Origin: Takakia lepidozioides
Lineage: Eukaryota; Plantae; Bryophyta
Direction of reading: 5' to 3'
NCBI GenBank assembly: GCA_030704615.1
Contig: CM060731.1
Span: 37,448,001-37,512,000 of the forward strand
DNA length: 64,000 nt
In this document: piece after piece, positions 47,600-62,250 of the stretch
Numbering within the stretch: the first letter of the stretch is position 1
Layout of the letters: each line of letters begins with the position of its first letter
Notes under the pieces: model-generated
What the model was told of the DNA's origin: nothing
Seen by the model: the letters and a program-made list of their open reading frames with translations, nothing else
Databases searched by the model: none
Position numbers and translations under genes: made by a program

Positions 47600-50500
47600 T
47601 TCAAATGTCATGATGCCCAAGTGCAAAGGGACTCATATTGGTTGGCTCCTTGGAGTGGGAATTCGAGGAGATGGGCCTGCATCAATCTGCAGATGCCCAT
47701 GCTAGCATGAAGGGTCAGCAATTTCTGCTCAACGTTTGAGTTCCAGCCTTCAGTTTCTTTGAATGTGATGGTGGGGGTTGAGAATCTCCTCAGGATCATC
47801 TGGGGTCATCAGGGTTCCGTTGCTTTACTTCCTATATCATGATCATAGCTCACAAACAGTGGGTTATCTTGGCTCCTCGGGGTTCCTGTGTGCCTGCTTC
47901 CCTGGTCTTGCCACTCTTTTTGGACATTGCTGCAAGAGGACATCACAAATTTCCCCCTCTCCGCAGCTTGCATACAAGAGAGTAAGTAGTGGGCTACAAA
48001 CTGACGACGTCATGGTACCAGGAATAGGCCACATTCAAGATCCGAATTTGACAACAAATGCATCCAGTGGCAGTAGTATTGATTCTTCAATCCAATTGGA
48101 GCCATGATTGAACCTTCAAGGGCTAGTTGTGGCACTCACTTAAGTGGTGCAGTTTTCAATGATGCCATCTGTCAAATCGATGTGATACTGATTTTATCCC
48201 CTTTGTCAAAATGATGTCAGTTCCAATAATGTTGTCCCATGTAGGCAACACAAAGGTAAGCCTCTAAGCAGTTTGACGGTTTAAGGTTTTCTCATGTGAA
48301 ATTTTGTTTAATTCCGGAATGGATCCCCAGTAGTAGCAGAGAAAATTTATTACCATGTTCTAGCAAATCTGAAATAAATCATCCTAAGGTTTATGTACCC
48401 AGATTCGTAACTTGACTCGGTCATCAATGCTCAGTTGTTGATTACACAGTCCACGGTGACAGATTACATGCCGTCCGTGTGTCCACATCAGAGTGTCCAC
48501 ATCAGATTCTGCTCTGTAAACAATGATCAATAGATGCCTACCCGACAGGGGGTAGTACCATCTGCCAGGGAAAGTGGCATTACACCCGCTGGCTTTTGGC
48601 TCTTTCTATCACACAAAGTTTTCCAAAGTGTGAGGCTCATGTGTTGGCGTCATTACTAAAGCTGGGTTTGTTAATCTGATTTTGCACGAAGAACCTCTTT
48701 ACACAGTTACTCCCTCAGTCAGTCCATTACCTACTTCAGAAGTTTTCTTAGAAAAGGAGTTCACTAAGCTGGCTTCTGTAGAGATCTGATCCATCCTTGC
48801 TGAGGAGAAAAGCACTATCCTCCACATCAGCATGAGGGCAATTCATTCGATGCCTGTGGACAACAAACTAAGGAAAGCTTAGAACTGAGCTCTGAAATCC
48901 ATTCAGAAAGTCCAAGACTTGTTGATCCAACTACCCACGGATTTTTACATATTTTTCCACAAAATAACATAAACTACAAAATAAAGTCATGGCAGGGTAA
49001 TGCGACTAAAGACGTTGATCAAAACAGCTTGCTGCGACATCACCATCTATTCATCTGCAACAATGGTATCTAATCTTGCAACCAAGATTGACATGGTTTT
49101 TAGGATCACTTGCCATTTCCCTACCAGAGACTCTTTTACTTTTCCATGAGTTCGAAACATGACAACAATGAGACTCCTGCCTCTTATAAAAACATAACAA
49201 GGAGACAAGTGCTCCAAGACATACATACCAATCGAAATGAGTGTCACAACAGACGGCATTGAAGATCCGCTTCAGACCAGCTCCTTTCCTGTCCAACCAA
49301 TATAATAACCTGAATGAATTTTGCTCTCCTAAAAGATGTCCAAATATCACCCACGAATTCAGGCTCAAACACCCCATCTAACATGTAAACTTTGCCTTGA
49401 TAGTTTCCAGGAATATCTGTATCGAATCTAGTTTGACCAAAACCCACATGAGAGAGACCTCAACTTTGAAGAGCAGGTTTACCAACGTTACACCACTGTA
49501 GCGATGAACAGCACCATTTAAATGATCTAATCTAGGCAGTCTAGTCATAACAGCAATCTTGTCATAACAAAGTACAATGGTCTGTTGGTAGAGAGGAAAT
49601 CTGGGAAAGGAGAGGTGAAAGATGGTTACCAAGTCGCATTGTACATGCTGTAGTACTTATCAAATGCTTTTGTCATACAGGAATTGCATGCAAACAGTTT
49701 CCTCATATCTACCACTGGGCAGGGCCCTTTGAAACATTTGACCTGCAGCAGATCATCTTTTAGTGAAGTGAGGGAACTCAAGAAAAGAGAAGGCAAAGAG
49801 AGACAGTCCTCTTGCATAAAACTACCCACCACACCTCTAGTAAGCATGAAAAGGAGAAAAAGGGCTCAAATGAAAGTAGTTACACAAGTGATGAACGTGC
49901 CCGTACCAAGCGATGAAGCTTAAAGGAATAAAGTTGGCGGTGAGAAGGGTTCTCCTGGAGATGAGTTGTCAAGTGTCCCAAACTGCCAATTTACCCATCA
50001 CAAGTTCAATTTCTCACTCTCTACTGCTCCCTATAACAGGGGGCTGGGTCTACCACCATAACGCTACAACAAGCAATTACTGAGAACAGACACATGCACA
50101 CTGTCTCTCTTTTGGCTCTTCAGACGCTGAACCTGTCTGGTGCATTCTGATGTGGGTTCTTGTTGTGCTACTTTGCCCATTATAAAAAAAAATTCTGTCT
50201 CCCTTTTTGTGTTCCATCCAAGTAAAGTTCGAGGTCACAAGACTACAGCAAGTATGGTCTAATGACCTTATCTTTCTCTCCACCACTCTCCCTTTTTGTG
50301 CTCCATCCAAGTAAAGTTCGAAGTCACAAGACTACAGCAAGTATGGTCTAATGACCTTATCTCTCTCTCCACCACCCACCTGTCACAAAAGATGGCACTA
50401 CAAACAAGGCACATGCACAAGTTGGAGCGAATCCCACACTTGCTACACTCGGAACTGCTGGCACTAGCCTCAATTTGCTTGCATCTACATATCATCACAT

Positions 50501-53500
50501 AATGTTAGGGTTCCATGATGATTAAAGTTTAAAGCAATGGGATGATAAGTGCAACGCAATACATAAGAGCATATGGAAGCTAATCAGAGCTCACGCAAGG
50601 ATCTCCTAGTGTCTTTCCATCAAGAACTCACACAAAAAGAAGAATAAGTACGACTACTTGTTAGGCTTTTCTATGAAATAGGACAACACTGAATCATCAA
50701 CAAATAACTGGTCACCCAAGACAAACCGCACGAGGTTGTGACATGACCATTCACAAAATGAACAACATTTACCAGCAAATACTTTCTGCAGTACTATATA
50801 GGCAAAACAAACCTCTGATATAGGGCACGAAGCTCTGGAGTTGGAGAAACTCCCTGATGATTGTGTTCGGCTGGAATCTACAGACCAACAAGATCAATAG
50901 AAACCTAGTTATACTTGGACATATATTACCTTGCAGTGTATCATTGTTGTCCATACGAATGAATGGCAAGAACATTTTGCATGTACAAATCCTGGATAGA
51001 AATCGAGATCATAATGACAAAAGTTACATTATCAAGCATCCTACTAATACTCAGCTGGTGAAATAAGTATTTGCATTGAAAGCAACCACATCCTCACCCG
51101 ATATAGTGTGGGATTTGCAGGTGTGGGTGCCGGAATTCCCGAGGTTGCCATGCAATTCTCATGGAGATGGCCAGGTCGCTTGCACTTCCAGCTGCAACAA
51201 CCAAGTATTCTTTTACAGCCCATATATCATACAACCAAACATTTCCCTCCCTCTCCTTGAGCTGTTGCATCCCTTCTTATGTTGTACAAATTATTGGTAG
51301 CTGCATCTAAATCTATTAGTTAATATGTGGCAAACGGCATGCAATCTTTCTCCAGGCCTATTTCTCAGCCCCTTGCATTGGTAAGGCCCAAGTCTACTCA
51401 CTGTACTTTCTGCTGGACTCTTTATCATGCTGCCAGACAGTAGTTTAAAAAAAAATTGCAAGCACGGGAATACTCTTCTTTTTTTGGGTGCATATCTGTG
51501 TGATAGAGGGGGGGGGGAGAGAGAGAGTAGTTCGATAGAAGAGGCTGAGGGGAGCTAAGGAGGGAGGTTTCCACACACCAGCGGTAGGTGGAGAGGCTAC
51601 TGTGGCGATAGGTCCAGCGATGTTTCTGGTAGTCCCAAATTTCTGGCTCCATTTCAGGAAGTTGCAAAGCTCCTGAAGGAGTAAAGGGAGCCACAAACGA
51701 GGTCCCTGCTGCAGCAGCTTCCTGCATCACCTCCGTGGAACTCAGCATGTACACTTTGTCAAAGGCAGGAAGATGTGGGAGAGAGAGGGTAAGAGCAGGA
51801 AGAAAGAAACAGACAAAATGACAACACAAGGGTGCAGCTAATATTTAAGTTTACTTAGACACGGCATACCTTGGCATGGGCTTCGGCTTGCAGTTGCAAT
51901 AACTCATGTTTGCATTCTAGGCTGCACACGTCCTCTTCTGTCTTCCGCACCCAACCCAATTGACTGATGAATCAGACCATGTTGGGGTTTCTGAATCACT
52001 CAAGTTTCATAAAAGAAACTTAGTCTTTTCTGCCATGCTCAGAATTAACGGGGTTACATCTTTAAACAAGTGAACTAGACACCACTTCCATTGTAAGAAG
52101 GAGTAGGCCTGCACACCTCATCACAGATGTATGCCCCATAACGTCCACACACTGCACACACAGGCTCTCCAGGTGCTGCAAATCGTTGATTTGATCTTCT
52201 TTTGATGACCTCTTCGCTCAAAGGCTGTAACCCCAACAGGCAAGAAGGCTTTTAAAGGAGATGAACAGCGTAAGAAAGTATGTGCAAATGGAAAAGCAAG
52301 AGACACAGAAAAAGTGACGATCAAATTGATCAGTCCAGCATAATGTATAACAGAAACCGTTAACAAGCAGCTGGAACCACAGACTTCAACCCACCGAAAA
52401 ACGCTAAGTAATACCTGCAATCCTAGTGGCTCATGCTCGCTGTCTGCACTTATTGATATTGCACTCATAACATTGGCCTCCCTGTACCCTGCAAGGAGAT
52501 TTTCTTGTCAGGCAGTATCTTAAAAGTCAAATGATAAGAAGCAAGGATGAGAGGAATTAAACCTTCACTTATAGAACTGAAAGAGCAGTAAGCAACAGAA
52601 AAGTGGCAATGAGAAAGACAGCAGGACTTGTGGGATGGACATTACAATGCGACACGATTATCATTCATTACAAAAGTCGATGATAGTATGTAATTTTGGA
52701 CTTGAAACAAACAAGTACTCAAGAGTCGCCAGCCCAAAAATTCACAGGAGGTGAGGGACCAACCTGTGAGCCAGACATATTGCAACTAAAATTGTTCGAT
52801 ACAAGATTCAGTCAGTGAATATCATGCATATAAGCCATCTGTTAAGAAGTGGTGACTTTTTTTATGACCAATTATAACGTGACCGATTCATACCCTAGAA
52901 CGTTATGAAGTTCTTCCGTCTTTATCCTTTCTTTCTTCAACCCTAACCAGTGTTAGAGCCTTAGATACCCAGATTGGTAACACCCTGCCTGTGGCTGGGT
53001 GGACCGCATACATAGCCTCCACACAGGCCAAGAGTAATGCAGTGGTTCCCTCCCTGTGTAAGACAACAACATTACTATGTGACCACCCACTGGGACATCT
53101 GTTTGAAGCTTCATCATATGCAAAATTAGTTTCTAAGACTGAACAGGTGGAGCAAAGGCTGCAAAGAACAATCTTAGGTAGAAGATAATCCTTTGGGGTG
53201 GATCCAAAATGATTCCTGACCGATTGGACGATCATAAAGCCTTCCTCACGCGATAGAAAAAGAAAAATTACACCAATCTGTTGAATGCCATGCTTTGCTT
53301 GCAAAAAGAAAGGGAGCTCACCAGCATTTTGTTCAGATTCTTTGGGAGTATTGCATTCTTCATCACTTGAGCTATCTTGTGGCGAATCAAAGCCCAAAAT
53401 GGAGGCTACCACCATGTTTTGGGCCCGTGAATCCACCCTCTGGACTTTTGAAGGTCTTTCTTCATCTGGCAATCAATCATCGAAGTAAGAAGTAATCTTG

Positions 53501-55450
53501 GTTTTGTGCTCAAGATATTTTGCAGTCGGATTGCACTTGGGAAGCCACTCTATTGGCTTGTCAGCCCCTGACAGAGGTAGGTTCTGTCCCTTTTGTTTCC
53601 GCTCAAACTGGGCGCGGGGTCAATGGCCACAAGGCTACGTCAAACAACGTCTTGAGTACAATCTATTGGCTTGTCAAGTCTGGTGTATGTCCAGAGATAT
53701 CAAGCCTAACCCAGGCTGAACTAATGGCGTCCTTCGCTCGAAGAAAGATACACAGAAATCTAGATAATTACAGGAACACTACCCTCATTACAGAGGATCA
53801 CTAGCTGCTATCAGCATTAAACTCAAGCTCACACAATTTTCAAATTTAAGTGGAAGACTTCTTGGCATAGAAAGGAGTAAGAAAGAAAGAACCTTATAAT
53901 GCCCCACAGGGGGCCCTGATGGTCCGAGATAGGTTTTCTAAATCTCCACATTGATTTCAAAAGAATCATGACTAGAACAAATGGGACAAAACATAACAAC
54001 AGAAACAACTTCGGAAAAATCAACTTCAGCAGCATGCAGGTAGCCTGCCATGCATAGAGTGTTGTAAGAAGGAAGCCCTGGTGAAAGAGTGACTAGTGAT
54101 TACCAGAGTTCTTGTCATATGGTTCAAACCCCATGACAGATGCTGCCTGCCATGTCGAAAATGTTCAGAATAAACTGGTCAAGTTTTGCTAGAGCATATG
54201 TTAGAACCAAATCAAAAGACTAGCTCATTCAGCACCTATCTGACTTGAAATAGCCGCTGCCCTAGCAGCCTCTTTCCATCTCTTCCTGCAGATGTAACAA
54301 ACATTCTCTCTCTCTCTCTAAGTTCTTAGGGAGTCTGTCAACATTATAAGGTTCCAATTTTCTTCATCTTCTCTTATATTGCCTGACAACCCCATTCCCA
54401 TATCTCTGTAGAGAATCATGCTGCGTTTTTTGGTAGTTCCCATCTGTTCGTTTATGAACACCTACCCGTCCTTGGGCCCCTGATGAATGGGCAAATATAG
54501 TTGGCTGATGCCCCAAGCTTCCAAGCTGCGGTGTGGCCTCTCTGAACCACACACACAAATGAATGTTAAGATAAAGGTCTAGATTGCTAGGTATGATGTT
54601 CCAGTTCACCTATATTGATTACTAGTTGTGGCCTTCAACGTTAAAGGCTTCATGGCACGCATACACACTCTCTCTTGCTGTCTTTTACCCCACAAATCCC
54701 GGAAAATGTTTGTCTGTCGGCCAATCTTCCTTCCTCCCTGCCTCTTTGAAATGACTGTCCTCGGGATATTCTTAAGAAAGCTCCTTACCGTGCATGTGAG
54801 CGTCCAAACAAATCAGTATCTTCCACAGAACTTGCCTTCGTCTGGAACCTCCTGTAGGGCCGATTGCGCTTGAAATCTCGCCGGCCTGACCATATTGTTA
54901 GTAAGAGTGTCATTATAGTAAGGAAATCACTGCCTGCCACTAAAATCTGTCTGAGTGGGTCAAATGTGCTTCACAGCACCATAGTTGTGTTACTTCAGGA
55001 GAAAATTGAATGGAGTGTAGCTAACATGGAATAGCTAACATAGACAATTGAGCACTTTCACCATTGTCAAAGTAAATATGGGGCCCCGTCGATACATTCA
55101 GCACAACCCTTTTCCTTTCTAGTTCATTTATCTGAGGGGAACAGGTGGGGTGGTGAGAGAGAGAGTGTGCATGTGTGAGTGTGCCTGGGGTTTACCATGA
55201 GAGGAACGCTGGTGTTGGTCAGTGTTGTTGGAATGTGCTCCCTCTGAATTAACCTTGTCCAAATCACTTTCAGACGGGCCATCTCCCAGTGCCGGTGTGC
55301 CACCAGTTGCCAGCCTGTAGGCTGCACAGAGATGTAAAGTATGTTTAAATCGAATAGGATTCAAGAAAAAATTCCCTTACGCTCCTCAATTTCTTCACCC
55401 AAATCATTTGAACTTGCTCGTCTCATGCAGGAACCTTAAACCCTCAACAC
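47600..55450 (-). pseudogene. Degenerate multi-exon coding remnants of uncertain identity
   Basis: Scattered protein-like segments bounded by splice-like sites: CSKCGIRSNLCMCLVCSAIFCDR (ZnF-UBP-like start, 50380-50445), YAVHPATGRVLPIWV (52965-53010), and an acidic segment at 53320-53470. Frequent stops; no coherent gene model could be built. Confidence 0.3.
50199..50376. repeat. Tandem duplication of ~89 bp
   Basis: CTCCCTTTTTGTG(T/C)TCCATCCAAGTAAAGTTCGA...CTCTCCACCAC occurs twice. Confidence 0.9.
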
Positions 55451-56291
55451 TAGATACCTCCAATATGGTACTTAATTTTCCCGTGAGCCTCCACTGTGGC
55501 ACACAGTGACAGGGGAAGGAGAACGGGATCGAAAAATACCGTGCAAATTATCGAGGACGGATGCTAGATCAAATTCCCGGGCGTAAGCATATGCAGAATT
55601 CTTGTAGAAATTGGTGGGTGTACCCATCTTGGATTGCCTGTCTCTCACAGCGACAGGCCTCCTCCCCTCCCGAACTTAACCACTCATGTACCCTCCTTTG
55701 GCACCGTAACCCAACTCTCTTTCCTACTTAACACTGAAAAGACAAACAATGCTCAGGTTAGGCTGCGTACTAAGATTCAGAACACATGCATTATTACATC
55801 ACATCAGTCTGTCCGTCTCTCTTCTCTTTCCTTTGTGAATCCACCCACAGGGTGTTCAAACCGGTTGCAGGGAGATGGTCACAGCATCCTCTCCTCAAGG
55901 CTTTGCGCTTAAACTAGAAAGCACAGGGAGTGCATTAGTTGCTTGCCTACACATACCTTCCCTATTGCAATCTTCATGTTTTTGGTAATACTTTTGTAAA
56001 CCTCTATCACTCTGGAATCCTTCTGCAAATCCCCTCCCTGATTGATGCCCTTATCCCTTGTTCGGACTTCGGAACTACTCTAACAGTCTTGTTGCTTTTA
56101 CAACTCCAGGAATCCAGAGTGGACTGGGCATTCATAAAGACACGACAGCAAGTCTGGATAACAGACTCGGTGTGCGGTGATAGGGCCTCGGTTGGGACGC
56201 GGTAATAGGGATCCACTGGGATATCCACATCCGGGAGTGCTCACACTGGGTGGCTGTCTCGCTGTGCCGCCATAGCTGCACAGCTCCAGCT

Positions 56292-56807
56292 ATGGCGACT
56301 CTGTGCTTCTCTCCCTTGCCGTCCGTGTGTCCTTGCGCATCGTTAGAGAGATGTAAACCGTCTGTGTACTCCAGCTCTGGGAAAGGGTCCAGAAACTTCA
56401 ATTCCTTCTCATGTCCCCTGGTGGGAGGAGCAGCCCACAGTACGCGATGGAGTAGGCCTCCTGTGAGAGCTCTGGAGCTGGACCAAGACACATTGGTGGC
56501 CATCAGTGTGGGGGTAGCGGGCTTGGCTGTGGGAATTGGTATACCCATCTTCTACGAGAGCCAGGTCAAGGGGGCCGAGGTCAGGGAGAATGATCAGCCT
56601 TGCTTTCCGTGCAGGGGGACTGGGTCTCAAACGTGCAGGTTCTGTTCAGGAGCAGGCAACATATCGGTGGAGCTTGGCGGGGGGGACAGAGAGGTGTCAA
56701 AATGCATTAATTGCGAGTCCTCGGGTTCTCTTACGTGCACTACTTGCCAAGGCTCTGGCGTTCAGCCTCGGTACTTGGATCGCAGGGAGTACAAGGACGA
56801 TGATTAA
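56292..56807 (+). CDS. LQY1: Thylakoid DnaJ-like Zn-finger protein disulfide isomerase LQY1, intronless
   Basis: Transit peptide, ELDQDTLVAISVG..GIGIPIFYE TM segment, four CxxCxxxG repeats, and C-terminus QPRYLDRREYKDDD characteristic of LQY1. Confidence 0.93.
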   Translation: MATLCFSPLPSVCPCASLERCKPSVYSSSGKGSRNFNSFSCPLVGGAAHSTRWSRPPVRALELDQDTLVAISVGVAGLAVGIGIPIFYESQVKGAEVRENDQPCFPCRGTGSQTCRFCSGAGNISVELGGGDREVSKCINCESSGSLTCTTCQGSGVQPRYLDRREYKDDD

Positions 56808-58867
56808 GTTCTATGCACGACACTGTATACGCCATTGTATTGAGAATTAGGTGCCGGCAGAGTTTTTTTCCGCATTGTTTGCGGCATTGGGCGGCCTCCC
56901 CATGAGGACATTGTGCCAGTTCGAGGCTTTCATGTGAAGGTATCTGATCAATTTGGAAATGTGGGTTGACAATGTAGGTGATGAGGGAAGGAGAGTGTGA
57001 GAAAGAATAATTAGCCTTATCCGCCCTCAATCATGTTTTCCACATTCTTGTGGCCATAGATTTAGCCGACAGTTAGACAGGGAGAATGAGGTCTTGTGGA
57101 GGAGCTCGCGAGGTCTTCTCTCAAATGTGTTTGGTAGCTTGAAGGAACATCTTTGGGTCGGTTTTTCGTGTATCATGAGACCCAATGAAGCCATGCAGAT
57201 GGAGCTTTGTTACCAGACAATTCAGCGAGCTCATTCAATCACGAAATGGAATTTTAGCGTTTACGTTTGTGGAAATTAGTACACCTGCACTCACACCTGG
57301 AGAGACAACGTCCTGATAAGTGCCCTGCATGTTGTGCAAGCGGAGGTACTAATGCTCATATGCTTTTCACTGTTCGAATTGCTTAGAACGACAAGGAAGG
57401 TCCATCCCTCCGCTTGTGGTGTCGCACAGGAGGACTCAAAGTGTTAGACATAAACATATATCTGTTGCTGATCAATTGCAAGTTTCAACAGAGAGACTAC
57501 AGTTCAGCAGCGCCTCCTGTCTGGCACTCTGCTTGCTAAACTTAAGTAGCAATCTCTATGGCAGCAACAATCCAAGTGTTCTCCGTCTAGTTGTCGTCTA
57601 GCCCCTACCATGGACACACCAATGCTCGTGGAAGTTGCAATTTGCACACGTCAAAGTATCCTATCTCTCTGGGTGCTTCTGCAGCTTGATGTGAGATTTA
57701 TGTTTCCTGATTGGATGCATAGATGATTGTGTCCTTGATATTGAATGATGTAGAAAATCAGAATTTTCAACAAAACGCAGAACTTCCTTCCACTTCAATC
57801 CAAACAAGAACGTCTTCCTGGGCCAAGTTTGGACAAAGTCTTCTGGGCAGAGCTGTCTGCTCTCTAAATTTCTGGATGGTAACCGTCCTTTTATATTCTT
57901 TCCTGTCTTCATTCCCTATACTAGAGGCCTAGGCAACGACATGTTACAAGCCTGGCTTTTAACGCCGACAGGAGGGAAGTGAGGGGAATCAATGCGAGTG
58001 CAAAAAATCTCTAACTGCCTGTCTTGAACGCATACTACATTGTAAGAGTTCTGCTCTTTCCTCAAGACTGCGGCGGCCTTGATGCCTTGGATGTACTTGG
58101 CAGAACTGCAAAAGGTGAAGAGGGTTTGGGTGGAGTACTATAAATTCTGCTTCCATAGCAGGGTGAAGAGTTTGGCATGGCAAGCATGATCTGTAGGTGG
58201 TCTTTGTCTTGCGCACTCCCTGCAATGTTTTGGGACTCATGACCAGGAAGGTCCTCTACAGTTTGTTGTTGCTAAACAAGTAGAGTATTTTCGACCAGTC
58301 ACCAATAGAATGGGACTATTGCTAATAGACTGTAACTCCGGCATAAGCACTATAAAAATAGAGGTGGTTACATTTGTTTGGAACCGCTGCAAACATGACA
58401 TGAGGTCAAGAAATCACACCTACCGAGTAAACAAAGGACTTTCAGTAGTGCATGTTTTGGGATAAGCATACTATGTAGAGATACCAAAACAAGCACTCTT
58501 AGGTTTGTCTTTTCGCACACCAAAGGAAAAGATGAAATGGAAATTAGACTTTTGCCACGGCGATGTCATCTGACTATTACATAGTATACAATTGATTACA
58601 CAATAACCATCCCAAGTGCCATCTCTCAAGAAAGCTGCCTTCCCTTTTTATCTCTTCCCTGAGACCTTCCTCCTTCCACTTACTAACACACTGTGGAGTC
58701 TAATTCACTGAAAGACAAAGCCACACAGCAGCAAATCACCCCATATGGGGCAAGGGATGAAGCCCTTTTTATCTACCTAGAAAATCCGCCTGTACAGTAT
58801 TTCCAAGCTCATAGCCCACTAACAGTGTCTTTTTCATTGGCACACACAATATGAAAGGCCCTCAAGT

Positions 58868-61800
58868 TTAGAGAGATCGCAAAAGAGGGTAGTCCCGGAG
58901 GAGCTCACGCTCACTCAAGGTGTCGCTCTCATCTTGGGGAGTCCAAAGCACCTCCACAGCCTGCCAGCACCCCACAATTGGTTACTATTCATGTCAGTGT
59001 GACTCTCTCCCTCTCTTTCTACAACATTTGCAGAGCCTGAAGTACTTAGCAGCTAACCTGCATGAGGCACTGAGTGTGCGCATGTTAGTGGTGCCAACCT
59101 ACAAAGCACTGTATGATAAGCTGCTCTTAACAAGTCTATAGTCTACATATACTCCTTTCCACAGCAATCCTGTGCTCATTGGACAGAAAGAGGAGGAATA
59201 TACCTGAATTGAGTCCACAGGTATTGAGCCCAACTTCTGCAGAGCATCCCTCAAATCTGCATTACTGTTGATCAATGGTAGCTTATACTCTCCCTCAGCA
59301 GCCACCAGAATAGTTACCTGACACCCACACATAGTTATTCATGTGCTCACTCTCTCGTAGTGAAGAACATTCCTTCTTCCATTGTCCTTTCTACTATGAG
59401 ATCCGTGGAAGATTCAATCGTCTATTCTGTGATACCCAAACTCTCACGTAGGTCTTTCACTGCGAGGATCAGAAATGGTTGGCAGCTTATATGAGGCTTT
59501 GACTCTTAGACAATCCCTTGAGCAATAGTTGCTTTTGGGCTGCTTCTGGAGGGCCCCTCTCTCTTTCTTGTTTCATCCATTCTTTTGCCACAGGCTCTTT
59601 GATATTTCCGTGGTCATTATAGATATTTCATTTCATTTCCATAACATGGTCAATACACTGGACAAGGGTATTCAGACTGCAAGTGAACAACTGGCAGATG
59701 GCTAGGCTGAAGCAGCATCCATAATATCATCAGCCACCACTACCATTGACAGAAAGAGAGACATACAGTATCAGTATCAGTAACAAGGGTTTAGAAGTGC
59801 ATTGAACAGTTATAGAGGTATACACAAACTCCAAAAAAAAGCATGTCACCCATACGGTAGAGTTCTGAGAAGTATACCACAATGTACTCATTGTTGAATC
59901 TATCAGCCTTGGGTGCCGCCATCATGCGCCTTCGCAAGTTGTTCACATTCACTAAAGTTTCTTCATCAAACTTCCCTCTTTCTTCCAACGATAGCTGATT
60001 GAATCGTTCCTCTCCATTGTTTATGGAACGCTTAATATCAGACTACAATCCATCCAAAGATACCCAGTTACCAAAGTGACAAGACAGAAACTATCAGTTA
60101 CAGAAAATATTAGTTGTTATCTTCATTATTCGACACAGATCAGAGCACAAAGAGCTGACCATATGCTGGCACAGGCACAGGAAAATTGTTGGGTAGAAAC
60201 ATGATCTTGATCACAGCTAACCATCCTTGAATCAAAGGATAAAAGGCACCATAAACCATAATATCAAGATTCAAACGAGCAAGCTGACAATCAACTCTAC
60301 AAGAAATTATAAGAATGTAGGAGAATCTGACAGCATTTAACTCCAGCCCTAGGCACACATGCACTCAATCAGAAGCAAGGTCGGCTTACATACCGAGGAC
60401 ACCCCAGAAATGCAGTAATCTGGATGGCGCAACATTGCTAAACACGTCTCTGCAACCACCCATAATACTTGTTAAGCCACCGACCTCTATCCACTGTTAA
60501 AGACACAAGATTTAGGCTCCAGTAGACTCTGGACTTTCCTGAAATTAACAGTGATCCCACTGACACAGAGTTATTGTAATACACAATACATAAACACAAT
60601 GGAGGATGAAGGACACACCGGTGAGGACATAATGAAGGCCTTGTTCTGTTGTTGTGTCTGCACGCTCTGCAATGCGATCTAAGTCACGCTGAAGTGTGCG
60701 GGCCATTCCCAGCAAACCCACCTGCATAGCACTCACAATTAGACCACTTCTTCACAAACATACAACAATGACCCCCAGCTCCAGAGGTCAACAGGCAAGA
60801 CAAGGACATTTTAGAGGTCACATTTCAGCAAAGCTAACAAATTTGAACAGGCAAGCTGAGAATTTAATGCTAGTTGTGGATTTTTACCCACCAGAATATG
60901 AGAGTACACGGACACCCACTGAGTGTTAAACTCAACTACTAGGTGTGCCGTCAGACTATTACACATGATAATTACAGCAGTGCTATACCCTGACATCTTA
61001 TAAGTACTAGAGATCTGACATAGGAAGCTGTGTTTGTGCAGTAACTACAGTCAACTGAGGTAAGAGAGAGAGTATGTCTGTAAAAAGTTATAACATGTCC
61101 AGAAAGCTTACATCCTACCAACTCAAGTGAAAATGAGAAACACCTCTCTGTTCCTCTGCCTTCATGTCCCCTGCCTTATGCGAGAATCTGAACCCACAGA
61201 AACAACTCACAACCAAGGCACATTTGCTTACCTGCAATTTCACCACACTGTACTTTTGAGTGCCTGATAATAACGATCCGCCCTCGGACCGCTCGGATAG
61301 AAATCCATAAATGGCTTGCAGGACAATAAATCCGAGTATGATAAAAAAGAAGATGCTGCCACCTCCAAAGCCAATTCCATACGCTGGACCCACATAGAGC
61401 CCGCCCCCAAAGAATGGAGATGGGGCTGCATACGGTACCGCGTACGAAAATCCTGGATTCGGGGCAGAGTAAGACCGGGGAATTGAATAGCCCGATGACG
61501 GGGCGGAGTATGATTTTGACGAAGAAAATGAGCTCCCGCCGCCTACTCGGCCCCCAACTCGGCCGCCACCCGCTGCAAAGGCCATCTCTGGATTATGTGT
61601 CAACAACAATCCAAGCAACAGCGCTACCATTGCAGGCTTCTGCAGTGCTTTACCAGCTTCTGCAACATAATGTGTTAGATTTTTTGAAAGACTCATCCAG
61701 ACCCCTTCATCCTCTTGTCCTGCGGGTGTCACCTCAACTACCGCCCTTCTCACTAAGAACCTCGTTGTTGGCTTGTCATCCCTGCTGCTGGCCCTCCAAG

Positions 61801-62020
61801 AAGCTTCCAGTCGATCGGAATTCTTCACAGCTTGACGACAAGCTAAAAGCACACCACTGCATGACAAGGACGACCCCAGAAATTGGCTGCGGCTCCCGCC
61901 GATAAGATTTCCAGCGAGCGGATTCCAGACTGGACTGCGAGGGACTTGCGCTGATGCAAGCCCGCCTGCTACTGGAGGCAGGCTTACCAATGCATGCCCA
62001 CACACTACCACTGGCACCAT
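58868..62020 (-). CDS. FLAP1: FLUCTUATING-LIGHT ACCLIMATION PROTEIN 1 (DUF1517); exons 62020-61232, 60721-60619, 60449-60394, 60042-59878, 59317-59204, 58960-58868
   Basis: AFAAGGGRVGG..GGSSF, SVVKLQVGLLGMARTLQRDL, LRHPDYCIS, RFNQLSLEERGKFDEETLVNVN, EYIVVTILVAAEG, AVEVLWTPQDESDTLSERELLRDYPLL*. All five introns are GT-AG and in frame. The start codon is uncertain. Confidence 0.93.
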
Positions 62021-62211
62021 ATCCGTAACACCCACAGAACCTTGCTGTAATCTTCACTCTTTCACACCGTGCAATCCCCACAATTCGACCACCCAACAGC
62101 CAATGCGATTACCTTTCGCTCCCAGCACAATGTACTTCGCCAAGTATCCTCCACACAAGCTCTGCTACCACCTCCTGATCGTTCACGCCAACCCTTGCTT
62201 TGTAAACTCCC

Positions 62212-62250
<39 letters not shown>

